Assembly (NCBI GenBank): GCA_032718475.1
Contig: JAUCBJ010004601.1
Span: 1-64,000 of the forward strand
DNA length: 64,000 nt
DNA from: Nemertoderma westbladi
Lineage: Eukaryota; Animalia; Xenacoelomorpha
Direction of reading: 5' to 3'
The notes under the pieces are model-generated. The model was not told the DNA's origin. It did not search any database and saw only the letters and a list, made by a program, of their open reading frames with translations. A program made the translations under genes and the position numbers. Position 1 is the stretch's first letter, and each line of letters starts with the position of its first letter. Below, one piece after another: positions 25,425-37,462 of this stretch.

Positions 25425-26800
25425 ATCAAAGCACCTATCTGATCTAGACTTGCTGATGACATAAGAGTTTTCTCAGAATCACTAGAGGGAGACCAATGGC
25501 TTCTCAACTCATTGGAACAGGCAGCTTCTAGTTTTGCTCATTTTGTAAACCCTAAGAAGACCAAAATTTTGATAGTCGCGTTAGACAGTCCTAAGGAAAT
25601 GTCTGGTCATATGGCTTAAACTCTTAAGGTTGACCAATAAGGTTGACTAAGGTTAAGGCATACCAATAGTAGTAGTTACCTGGGTCATGGGTCCGCGAGT
25701 TGGAAGGTATAAAATATAGGTCTTGGAATCTAAATAATTCCAATGTATTCCAAGTGACTTCCAAATCCTGGACAGTATATGCAAAGCATAGACTGTCCAC
25801 GATTTGGAAGTCACTTAGAATTAGGGTTTAAAAAAACACGATTTTCAAAAACCAATTTGTTTAAAACGTTTTTTTTTTGTTTTTTTTTAATGTTTTTTAT
25901 TGTTTTTTATGTTTTTTTTTAAGCTGTTGCTTCACTATCAGTATCTGGTATTTTTAAAGCCTACATTAGGCCTATTAAATTAATTAATTGGAGTTGATAT
26001 ATAAATTGTTAAATAAATTTCGTTGTTAAATAAATGTTATACAATATTTAATGCTTTATTATACAATTTATTGTACAATGACCTACTCTGACACCAACAG
26101 CAACACTCACACTACCGTACTGACTCTGACAGTAATATCAAACTGCACAGAAACATAGCCACAATCAGTCCAGTCACACTACCATCCTCACCAATCTTAA
26201 CGCAGTTCTCGGACTGCACATGTTCAGGAACCACCGCAACATCACTGCTGTTAGCCACTCAGACGCAGTGCTGCAGTAGGCCACAACCTCCCTTTCCCTC
26301 CCTCACCTTAGCAGGTGCAGTTGACTCTAGGCAGCGATTGAATGAAATCAACATCAACTGGTTTACACGATGACTGACGAGCCGGTTCCGTGCCTTGGAG
26401 TGCATGAAGAGCTGTTCAGTTCACTCGCTCAACTGAAGCTTGAGCCTTACTGTATTTCTACATATACAGCTCATATTGTTTATGCAGTCTTTGTCGAAAA
26501 AAACACTGTTTTTTTTATCCATAAAAAAAAAACAGCAGTGTTTCGAAACATGTGTTTAAAACAACTCTTGTGTTTTTTTTAACCCTACTTAGAATACATT
26601 GGAATTATTTAGATTACTTTACAGCAGCAGTAGAACCAGGACTCCCATTCATATAGGAGTCCATGCTGGGCTCTAACTTCTGAGGACACCAAGTCTCTGG
26701 ATGCCACTTATACAAGAATGCTATGCTATTCGTATCACATACAATCCACATCTCCAAACAGACCCTGCACATTTTCCCCAAATTTGATGGAGATTTGATT
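25425..26800 (+). mobile_element. Old RTE-clade LINE relic interrupted by a palindrome and a MITE
   Basis: Aligns by eye to 43740-44270 (YL.DLD.ADD region at ~25432; GAGTCCATGCTGGGCTCTAAC at ~26657). Confidence 0.75.
25822..26587. mobile_element. hAT-type non-autonomous element (766 bp)
   Basis: TIRs TAGGGTT(T)AAAAAAACAC / GTGTTTTTTTTAACCCTA; exact 8-bp TSD CTTAGAAT (25814-25821, 26588-26595). Confidence 0.9.
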
Positions 26801-26928
26801 GAACTCTGAACTTCTAAATAGTTACAAATCATTTCTATCGTTGTTTAATATATGATTTTAATAGCGGGGTTATAATGGAGAAATTAAAAATGATGTATCC
26901 AATGTATATATACCAAATATATGCCATA

Positions 26929-27161
26929 GGCGGGGTAGCTCAGTTGGTTGAGCGCCGGGCCTGCAATCTATTGGTTGTAGGTTCAGCCCCGCCAGGGTCC
27001 ACTCAGCCTTTCATCCACTGGGGTCGATAAAATGAGTACCAGTTAAATAACTGGGAGCAAATCTTGGGATAGGAGTAGCGCCCACCCCCACCCTCGGGTA
27101 GCAGCTATCGAAAGAGGAGCCTTCGGGTCGCCTCCGGCTTCGGCCGACTGTTTGCTTTTTG
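26929..27161 (+). mobile_element. Full-length tRNA-derived SINE
   Basis: A box TAGCTCAGTTGG, B-box-like GGTTCAGCCC, conserved core ACTCAGCCTTTCATCC...GGGGTCGATAAAATGAGTACC, stem-loop tail; 10-bp TSD ATATGCCATA (26919-26928, 27162-27171). Confidence 0.9.
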
Positions 27162-29184
27162 ATATGCCATAAAATGTATAATAAGATGTGCTTAGGGGGC
27201 TTAGTACATCATATTTACTTAACATAGGTGTGGTAAATCCCCAAAAATCACTGTTCCAAAAATATTACTTTGCATTGTAGTGGCTACAAAAAGGTCATTG
27301 AACCTTAAAGGGGGAAACTGATAGTCAACGTCAACGTTACCGACGTCAACCTCCCGTCACGGTCAACCCAGTTCGTCGGTAGAACAAAAACTGACAACCT
27401 GCGACTACGTATTTATACATACAGACGCACACCGTGCCCCCTTTCAGCGACCCTACCCTGGGCCGTAAAAGGTCGTGCAGTGCGGCCCGAAATCGTGTGT
27501 TGTTTAGGTAGGCGGAAGTTCAGAGACAGTCTCCATCAATTACAGTGGCCATCCCTCTGCGTCGCAGAAGACCCCCTAGTGTTAAACCTCCGGTCACCCC
27601 TCCTCCCACTCCCTACACACACTCTTCCAACCCACAAGAAACTACATCAACTCGAAGTGGGCGGGCCATCAAACAGCCGCATTACTTTTATTAGTTCAGG
27701 TTCTGGGGGGAGCTGTGTAGAGGCTACAAAAAGGTCATCATATCTGAAAGGGCAAAGCCTATCCAGACAGCGGTATGTATGCAGTGAGATAGTAGTGTAG
27801 TAGTACACTACAGTTCTAGTCAGCTGATCTATTTTTCGCTGATTATATATCTGTAAAATGATATAAAATGATATAAAATTGTGCAAGAAAAAGTTCATTT
27901 AAGATATTTATTTAGTATTTTGGACATGAAATATTTTTTAACAGGTTACCTTGGATACGAGAATGATGACCTAAATTGTATGTTCAAAATTATACATTTA
28001 TTAATATGTTATATGTAACCATATACAGTGATATAACCATATAATATTTATTAATAATAACAATAATATTCAGTCCAATTACATATTAATTCGACTTTGT
28101 TTTTATAAATTCGAAAACTCAATTTACATTTTGAATTCCATGACTTAATTTCCGATCGATATTACAGATCCTTGACAGAAATTAGTGAAAGTTATATATG
28201 TATATATATATAACTGTCAATATCATTATTATTAGAGCAGAAAATAGAGATAATGAAAGATGAAGCATATTATTCCAGATAAGTTAAATCGATTTAAAGA
28301 ATTTTAAAGCGTTTTCTGGTACGTTGAATCGAATGGCACAAGTTTCATAACACTGAAGGGTTGCGGTATGTTTACGGCGACTCCAAAAATAGAAAATTTA
28401 AGACCACTGTTTTATGGTTCCGAAAGGGCTATTTATTAGCCATATATCCCCATTTTTCGGTAGTTCTTACATTTTCTCTGTGTAACAGAAAATCATAAGA
28501 GAAATTAAAATTTGTTAATATTTCAAGTAAGCTACCAATTGAGCGAAAACAATGCTAAGAATGTTTAAACAATAATCTCTTAATATGAATATTCATTCAA
28601 AAAACAGTAGACTAAAACATTATACTATTCAAATTATACTCAAAGTGCTACGATTTACTCAATGTCACATTGTCAGATAAATTGGTGAAAGCTATGTTGT
28701 AAAAAAATACGAAAATCATTGGCGTTGGATAATTTGACAATAATTCTTATCTTTCAATCTTCCTTTTCTTCAGATGTCGATTTTATCATATCAACATTTT
28801 CATATGAAGAAATCCTAGCGTGGGAGGAGGAGAACTATTGTATTACCCAAACCATGCCATGGTCTTGTGCATTCTGAATTTAGTAGGTCATGCCCAATGA
28901 ATTCATAAGAAAGTCAAACCTAATGGGACATAACCAGTTGAGCTTAATTAATCAAGTATTGCTTTTAGTAAAATTATGCAGACATGTTTCACCTTAAATT
29001 GCGGGTTGCAAGTGAAAACCTGTTAGCATATTATTATTAACATATTGTTACTGTTAACATATTATGTATAATAGAATAGTTCCTGTCTTTCTAATCAACC
29101 ACCTTGTGAACCAGCCACAGAAAATCTATTGTATTCAATTCATTTTTTCAACGTATGGAATAATTAAATCCAATTTGATAGATT

Positions 29185-30695
29185 AAAATTTAGAACATTG
29201 CACAATAAATAATGTATAGATATATGTAAATGTATAAAACACAATCAATTTGAATATTTGCATATTGACAGAGAAACATAAGAAAAATCAATTGGATAAT
29301 AGAGTGGAAAATTTAAATTTAGATTATTCAATTGCGAGTATTAATAAGTTGTTTTTCCTGACGCGGTGCGGTGCCAGGCGCTTGTGTTACAGTCACCATC
29401 ACCCATCAACCCCATCAAACAGTCCGATGTAGTGGAAGGGTGTGTCCACGGTTCCCACCACCGACGCCGCGTTTCCCATGAGAATTGCCACCGCCAAGCG
29501 TTGCAGCAAAAACTGGTGCGACCGTTGCTCATGGGTCCGAGCATGAAGACGCGCCCCGACTTCCTGGAGGAAGCTGGCAGTCTCGGGTCCGGGTCGACCA
29601 AATGTCTCAAAGGCCACGGGACTGAAGTAGCAGCGACCACGCTCTACCAACTCGCTATACTTCCTAATCTTCACCCGCTCAGCCTCCTCAGCAGCACGGC
29701 CACCAGCGATGAGGGTCTGCTGGAGATGACTCGGGGCGAGGGGATCCGTTACGGTTGCGTCCCAGGCCAATGAGCGGCCGCGGTTCCAAGGCATCACTGT
29801 AACCCCGTCAACCCTCTTACCATCGCTCCGACAGAGACCTGGGGGCTCAAGGATGGGGGACACCCCGCAGCTGACCAGCGCCCGCCTTACTATATCGTTC
29901 AACATAGCGTGGCGGGGATGCCGGCCAGCGCTCCTCTGGCAGCAGATACCATGGAGACCATCAGCAGCTACCAGGCTACCACAGCGACAGGTATGCGGCT
30001 CGACTACCTTACTTCCCAGACGCATGGCAACGGCGATGCGGAACTGGCTGTCATCCAGCTTCAGTCCCAACGACGAGATGGGTAGAGCACTGAGCCAGCA
30101 TCCGGCAACTGGGTGGTCCAGGGAATTTAACCTAGCAAGGTCGACTGGGGATGCAACTAGACGCAGCGCTACGAGGTTAGCCGAGTGGACTGGGGCCACC
30201 CACGCACTCTGAGCAGTCGTAGAGGGTAGAGTAGCGTCCGAAGGGAGGGAGGATATCCAGAACTCCCGGGCCAACTCGTTGGTTGGGCTCACCACCCCCA
30301 CTGAGTGGAGCAGGCGGTCGGACAGAGAAGAACAGGCAGCCGCGGAAGCCAGGAAGGTGGATGGTGCGAGCTGCACTGCCGAACTCAGTCCGAGACCGCC
30401 CACCCGTGCGGGGAGGCAGGCCTGGTCCCAGGCTGGGTCGCTGATATTAGTGTTAGCGACTTCCTGCAGGGTACTTCGGAGGATATCGTCGTAGTTCTTA
30501 AGTGCTTCAGGGAATAGGAAGCACGGTGCTGTCCGGAGGAAATAGGTTAGCCGAGGTATGGCAAATGAATTCTTTAGGAGGAAGAAGCCATGGTGGGCAT
30601 CTAGTAGAGGTATGCGGCAGGCTAGGGTCGAGAGGTCCCCTATCTTTGATGCGAGGCAGGATGCTATAGCGGCATCACCAATGGGGGCACCCAGC
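29185..30695 (-). mobile_element. 5'-truncated CRE-like non-LTR retrotransposon (RT thumb plus restriction-like endonuclease)
   Basis: 12-bp TSD ATTTGATAGATT (29173-29184, 30696-30707) around a GC-rich ORF and AT-rich 3' UTR. Confidence 0.9.
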
Positions 30696-30697
30696 AT
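29399..30697 (-). CDS. C-terminal 432 aa of a CRE-like RT-RLE protein
   Basis: LGAPIG, LPARVGGLG, CRCG...HGICC knuckle, RH..LND, RVDG...WD.T, E..K..KY, F.PVAFETFG; uninterrupted frame. Confidence 0.88.
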   Translation of the reverse strand: MLGAPIGDAAIASCLASKIGDLSTLACRIPLLDAHHGFFLLKNSFAIPRLTYFLRTAPCFLFPEALKNYDDILRSTLQEVANTNISDPAWDQACLPARVGGLGLSSAVQLAPSTFLASAAACSSLSDRLLHSVGVVSPTNELAREFWISSLPSDATLPSTTAQSAWVAPVHSANLVALRLVASPVDLARLNSLDHPVAGCWLSALPISSLGLKLDDSQFRIAVAMRLGSKVVEPHTCRCGSLVAADGLHGICCQRSAGRHPRHAMLNDIVRRALVSCGVSPILEPPGLCRSDGKRVDGVTVMPWNRGRSLAWDATVTDPLAPSHLQQTLIAGGRAAEEAERVKIRKYSELVERGRCYFSPVAFETFGRPGPETASFLQEVGARLHARTHEQRSHQFLLQRLAVAILMGNAASVVGTVDTPFHYIGLFDGVDG

Positions 30698-32379
30698 TTG
30701 ATAGATTGTGTTGTATCCATTATTTTGTGATTTAGTTACTATACTTTATATACTCTGTGTTGTATTATTTTATATGTCTGTATGTCAGACTGCGAGTCTG
30801 GTTGCCTGGGTCACACGGATTCTACATATGTTGCATTGGCTGGGAAACCGATGACATGGTTGTCCCTGTTCCTGTCTCTGTATGTAGCAAATTTCATAGA
30901 TATTTTCACCTATGGCGACTGACAGCACAGGTGTTGATAGGGTATTGGGATTGGTACACAGGTATTGATAGGGTGTTGGTTTGCCCATGGGGGCTATACA
31001 TACATGTGCACGGCAGTGATGCTGGCGCTAAACCTGATGTAAATCGTGGCAGTCAGTCAGGCGAAGCTAATCCGTTACTCGAGAACTGCGATCCCTTACT
31101 GCAGGATTTTAACAGTGCTACACAAAATGACGATTTTGAAGATCTGAAAGATGAGTGAGGAATTCGATGTGAATTTCACTAAGAAGGAACATACCACAGC
31201 TCAAGGAATAGTTACAAAGTAGATAACCGCATTAATGCCACTATTGAGGGTTGAGGCAGTCACTTTGCCTCTTCTAGAACTACTAATCGATCTTTAAGAA
31301 GAATGCACAGAAGCCCACAAGTCCTATATTTGGTCTGTTACGAATCCAGTGGTGGACAACTCGTGGATCCAGCTTATGTTGTGAGTGGTAGCTGCATGTC
31401 GCGCGTCCATTAACGATTACATTATTTCCCGCAGTAGCAAAGCGAGTAATGCCCATCGAGTTGAAATCCGATTGTCAGGTTCTGAATCTGCCTTGCTAAA
31501 CTCAGTTTTCTCTACTCGATGGATCACCAAGGAAAAATAATTGAAGCTGCTTCAGTTTCAACGCGATACTGAACTAAGGAAGACGGGATGGAGTTTAATG
31601 GAGTCAGATGGTGGAGTAGAAAGAACTTCAACGACTTCAAAATGAAGTAGAATAATCGCATTTATCCATTGCTCTTGATGAGGATAATGTTTGCGCCACT
31701 GAATTCAATGATGATTTTCCTCGTTCTCCTATCAGTATTGCAGCGAGTTCAAGTTCCAGTCGCAGCCAGCTTATTGGTCGCGAGACTACCAATGTCACCG
31801 TTGTACCAAGTTGTAATAGTAACTATTTAAATGGCAATAATGTATTTTCTACTGGTATGTCTGAAAGCAATAATGATTCAATTTAATTTATTGAATATCA
31901 ATATTGGTAGTGCAGATATTTCTAGTGCTTCTGTCGGCGTTTGTGTCTCCAGCATATTTACCAGTGCAACATTAGGTTTCAGTACTTAATTATTGTAATG
32001 ATTTTATACAACCATTACCACATTAATCTATATATTGTAGCATTTATAGTGGTTTTTCAGCACCATTTGTCGCCAATATGTCTTAATGTGGGTAAAGATT
32101 CACAAATGCTGTCCCCCCCCCCCCCCCCCCCACCCATACCGTACCCTCTTACTACTTTGGCTCTGCACACTCCCCCCTTTTTCCCTCAGAGTCAATGTTC
32201 CCAGACCCTGATATCCTATTCATTCTGTTCTGGGGTAAATGTCCTTTTACACTGGGTTTAATAATGGGTCAGCTGTCGGTGGATCAGTTGGTTGACCTGC
32301 TGTTCCTTCCATTGCAACAGCCCCTAAATCCCCTCACAATCAATCATCGGATTGATAGCACTGAGGTAAGTGCTGTGAC

Positions 32380-34150
32380 TTTACAAATGTCACATCAAAC
32401 TATGAGACAACTTTCTACAGGCACTTATAATCCATGGTCACTGGTTAACATAGAACATTTTGATGCTAACACTGCTAAATGGCCTTGATTTATATCTAGT
32501 TTTAAACATTAAAGCGTTAAATCAAGATTTTTCATTGCCTGCCATTTTACAAAATTCGCTCACAGAGGAAGTGCGCGAAAGTGTGTCTAGTTTTTTAGAT
32601 GACCCTAATTAATATTTTGATGCTCTAAAAGAATTAAGTTGTATATGGCGAAACGCATTTATTTGCTAATGAGTCTAGCAAATGACTTAAAAACCAACCA
32701 CAAGTAAAACTGGGTAAAACACATTACTCCGCTTTGAAAGAATTTTCAATAAAACTCAATTGTGCTATTAGCAGGTTAAAACGATGTGGTTATACAACCG
32801 ACTTGTTTGTTAACAACAACATTGATGATGCCATAGCCAAATTACCTCCTTCTTTTCATTATGATTGGAATAAACGAGTTTTAGATAATCGTCCCCAACA
32901 ACCATCACTAGAACATTTAAATAGTTGGATTGCCATAACACTAGAATGCCCTAAAATTGCTGAAGGCAGTTTACAGGTGGCAAGTCCTAATAGACCACAA
33001 TAATTCGGAAAAGTCGGTTCAGTCAATTCAAAAGAATTTTACCAGAGCGAATAAAAATAAAATCAGATTTTTGGCATAGGTCAAATAACAATACATACAC
33101 CTTCAATACAATTTATGAGCCTTCTAGGGATGATACTTTAAATTCAAATAAAGTTGATAATCAATGTGGTTCAAAAACAAAAAAGAAATTTTTATACTAA
33201 TTAAACTGCTATGGGTGGTGGTAAATTTGTTCCACAGAGCAGTGTTATTATTGAGCTGTGTGGTGTGTAATGGTAAACATGCTCTGATGAAGTGCTTATC
33301 AAGTTAATGTTTGTCAGTGAAGTGTTTATCACTATGGATCCTGAAGACTGTGGTGATGTCATTCGTAAACACAATTTGAACTTTGATTGCCATGTTCCTG
33401 GTCATACTGTAAAATTTTGATTGAGTTGACTGTAAAATTAAAGTCCTGTTTTATGAGGAGGGCTGTATCAAGCACCACCATACTCTCCTCCAAGCGCCAG
33501 AGTGTTTACTGCAAATAATTGTAGCAAGGTAACAATTTTATCAAAAATTCTGACATTTATAAGTCAAACTCCAAGTGGGCACAGCATGGATTTTTCGCTG
33601 AAATATCTAAAGTTGCTTTACAGTTTGTCCCCGTATGAGTCATATAACAATCGTCTAGTAAGATGTTAAAAAATAAATTCGCATTATTTTCTACCCAGGT
33701 TCTGAAATTTCAGTTATGACATCTCGATTAGTTGAACAATTAGGTTTGAAATGTCCTAATAAAATTGTACAGTTTGGTAATTTTAAGGATGATGGTAAAC
33801 TTGGGTTTGCTTGTGAGAGTGAATTTGCTGTGTCACACTGTTGGGGTGGTCTGCAATATCGTATTCCCAAAGTATTATTAATGTTGGTCTGCAATATTTC
33901 GATTGGCAAAATATGAAATCTTAAAGGGGCCCATCTTAAAGACATAGACTAGCCCATCATAGATTCAACCAATATTGATATTTTATTAGGTGCTTAAGTT
34001 TTCAATGTTATTTGGCATCTTGAATTTCGAAAGGATCCATCTGGTTCACCAATTATGGTACGTACTAATTTTGTTGGACTTGTACATCACGTATTCCCCT
34101 TGTACCACTATGATTCAGAACAGCTTCAGGTATCACACATTCGTATAACT
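32380..34150 (+). pseudogene. Heavily decayed BEL/Pao gag-protease relic
   Basis: IEHFDANTAKWP*FISSF, LKEFSIKL...AKLPPSFHYDW, CVVCNGKH, PGSEISVMTSRLVEQLGL, IDILLG; many stops. Confidence 0.75.
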
Positions 34151-34834
34151 CCTTTAGATACTGAAAAATATCTCAATATATTGACTTAGCTAGCTATCCC
34201 AATATATTGACGTAGCTATTTCAATATGTTGCTTTGTGTGAATAAAAAAGGGGGATTTCATCTCATCTTAGGGGGTTTTAGTTCTGGAATTGTAGGACCA
34301 GTTTGGTTGATGACGTCCATCTGTCCTCCATTCTCCACATTCAATGGTTCTCCACAGTTCTCTACTTTACATTATCACGAGTAGATCCTTGAGGTAAATA
34401 GTTAATAATAATAAATTAAAGGGAGAATTAAAAGGGACCCGGAGGTTAACATTAACATATTGAAAATTAACCACTTAAGCACCATTTACGTTCGTAAAAG
34501 TGTTATAAAAATTATCAAAAGTTACATAATAATTTGCATAAGTTTATTAAAAGTATTATAGATAGATTCCTTTGTAGTCTCAAACATCATTAAACAATTA
34601 CAATGTGTTTGGAGAAGGAGTGGAGATATCTAGGTTGTACCTACATAATAATAGGTTGACATATACTATTGGATGACTATATAATTCTTGATAATGTTTA
34701 TATAACTTTTGGAATTTTTTATTAAACTTTTGAGAATGAAGAAACTAATGGAAATAGTGCTCTAACATAATGTCTCACACTTATACCAGGAGCTGACAGT
34801 GAAATAATTACCTCGTATACTATGCTGGTGTAAC

Positions 34835-35145
34835 AGGCTGAGATAACTCTCCAGAAAAATGACTCCCCAGTCTTCTCTGCCTAGGCTGAGTACACTCCCC
34901 AGTTTTCTCCTTAGATTTCTTAATTAACGGAAAGGAGCAGGTTACAGTGGTGGGCCTTTCTAACCAAAACAATAAACGATATCTGAATAACATAGGTTAC
35001 AGTATTATTTTTGCAATATACGAAAATAACACAGGCACGGATATGAATTATAACTCAATTAGGGGAGTCATCTCAGCCTAAGGGGAGTGTTCTCAGCCTA
35101 GGCTGAGATAACTGGGGAGTTCAGTGGCAATATAACTGGGGAGCG
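34835..35145. repeat. Foldback-like repeat built from GGCTGAG / GGGGAGT motifs
   Basis: AGGCTGAGTACACTCCCC (~34883) is inverted against GGGGAGTGTTCTCAGCCT (~35082), with further partial copies. Confidence 0.55.
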
Positions 35146-35149
35146 AATT

Positions 35150-37127
35150 CATATGGTGCTCTTGCTCGCATACGTGCCAGTTAATGTTTGACAGAGGTAT
35201 TTGCCACTACCATTCTTTCTTCAAACAATTTCAAAAACACATTTACAAACCGTTTATCTCAACATGAAAACATCCCTCAGTGATGGATCCTCTGCTATTG
35301 CCTCTGAGCTTGAAATCAACAATAACATTTTCCAGAGTTAATCTTTGAGCTTTATGAATGGTTGCTGCATAAGCTAAAACCAAGGGAAAGTGCACACGGT
35401 TTATTCGGATATTGACTGCTTGTATTTTACTGATGAAAGAAGTGTGTCGCTTGTTGTTAGATCGGCACTGCGCCTATTGGCTATATTGCCAGTTTTCTTG
35501 CCATTGCCATCAAAAAATTTAAGCCATATTATTTTTTCATTAGGAGAGTCAGGAACAGTATCTATTCGAGTTATATATATCCTCTTGCACCATTAGTAAG
35601 TACAACTTTCTTGTTGATTTGAAGTCAGAATCAGTGGGGTGTTCACTTTTACTTTCAATGTGAGAAAGACCTTTTGTTTGAGTATATGACATTGAAATCT
35701 TATCTTTATCATATACTGATAATTGAGGTACATTTACTGGTTTGTCAATTGCATTGAAAGGGAACTGTTCAGCATCTATTAGAGTATCGAGCTTTTCATT
35801 GTTGATTTGTTCCCATTGACAATTATTAGTGATGAGAATCATTAACTTCCCATTCTTATAAGAATTGTTATTATTTTCTTGAATTTGACTGATGCGTATC
35901 TATTCTATCCAATTATCACCTACAGCTTTGAGTTGCGAAAAATCTCTTGTACAAATAATCGGTATACCTGAAAATGGCATCCCATGGGGTCTTTATTAAA
36001 TATTTTTTCGAGCTGATATTATATTTTATGTAATTTATTTGATCCTACCATAGAAATTTCATCTATAAAAATAACTCTAAGCTGACTGTATTCACTCTTC
36101 AATTTGGCTAATTTGTTCTGTGATTGAAAAATGTTCATTATTTTGTTGATAAATAGCTAGCACACTCTCAATTGTTTGGCCATTAATAAGTTTGGCTGCT
36201 ATAAGTTTGGAGACATAACAAGAACACTGCATTTATGAAGAATTAATTAAAATAATTTCAGCTGTCTCTATTAGTGTTTTCATTAAAAATAGCAGCAAAA
36301 CGTTCAATAATGTCATCAAAAATACAGCGTTGGTTAGAGTTTAACTGATGTACTTTTTCACATACTTTGATTGCACAGTTGGTAAATTTATGTTTCCACT
36401 CAATATATTGGATAAAGAGGATAACAACTTAGCAATGTGTCGCAATTCGTCTTCTGTTGTAGTTTCATCCTTCTCATTAATTCAGTTCAATGTTTTAGAA
36501 AGAGTTCTTTTATATTCATATTGTGAATCTCAGTGATTTAATTACTGAATGGTCTAAACAAAACTAATAAATCTCTCAATGTTACCAATTCACTACTTGT
36601 AATCAATGTAGTATCGAACAATTGCTCCTTTACAATATTTATGAATTCGACCAAATGGATTTCCATTACTCCCATTCTGCAGCAGAATGGTCTTCCCAGA
36701 ATAACTTGTTGCTGTATGCTTTTCATTATCAAAACCTCCTTTGACATTGTCTGTTATTTATACGCATATATACTATTATATTCTCTAACAAATTCTGCTA
36801 AGGAAATTCCTTCCAAATTATCAGGTTGATAGACGTAATAATCAATCATAGTGGAACAGAAAGGATTATCCATTTCATCAAGTTCTTCCAAATTGGGTTG
36901 AATCAAATCCTCTATTTATTGGTCTCTCCAGTTTGGAGGAATTTATTCTGTCTGCTTGAGTAAGACATATGAAGACCAAGAATTCTATATATTCCTTCTG
37001 GTTTACTAACCTCTCTGCTGTTATCGAAGGCATGACTGAGTTGGGAAATTTAGGTCCTGGAGTTCGTCCAAAAAGAGCTGATTCCTCTTCTATGCGTTGT
37101 AGTAATTTGCTCAATCCACTTTCTGAC
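35150..37127 (-). pseudogene. Helitron RepHel relic, downstream part (PIF1 helicase region)
   Basis: SREVSKPEGIYRILGLHMSYSSR (~36955-37020), YSQLRVIFIDEISMVG (~36040-36090), PFSGIPII..DFSQL; many stops. Left boundary approximate. Confidence 0.8.
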
Positions 37128-37403
37128 TGTGGGCGTATCTACTATTGCTGCAAGGCAGCAGACGAACAAAACCTTTGTCTAGAGCAGATACTATAATCAA
37201 ATATAATAGGGTCCTCTGAGGACCGGTCAGGGCATGTAGTAAGTAGCCTAGATAAAAGAGTGCTAGTACTGACCCAATTCAACCCAATTTGGAAGAACTT
37301 GATGAAATGAACTAACACCGACATACTGACTGTCCAACACCGGTAGGTCTCTCCCCTCTCGTCCAAAGGATATCCGTGGGGCGAGCCATATATTATCACC
37401 ACA
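37128..37403 (-). repeat. 3' LTR (276 bp)
   Basis: Matches 41813-42052 apart from a few substitutions and ~36 extra bp; preceded on the minus strand by AAGGGGG. Confidence 0.95.
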
Positions 37404-37462
37404 CCCCCTTACGAGCTCGGATTAGCCGTCTAAGGCTGTGCCGAGCTATCAACAGTTCTGTC

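Noticed and set aside
26929-27000. Functional tRNA gene
   Set aside because: Anticodon and T arms pair poorly and the sequence continues into a SINE body bounded by a TSD.
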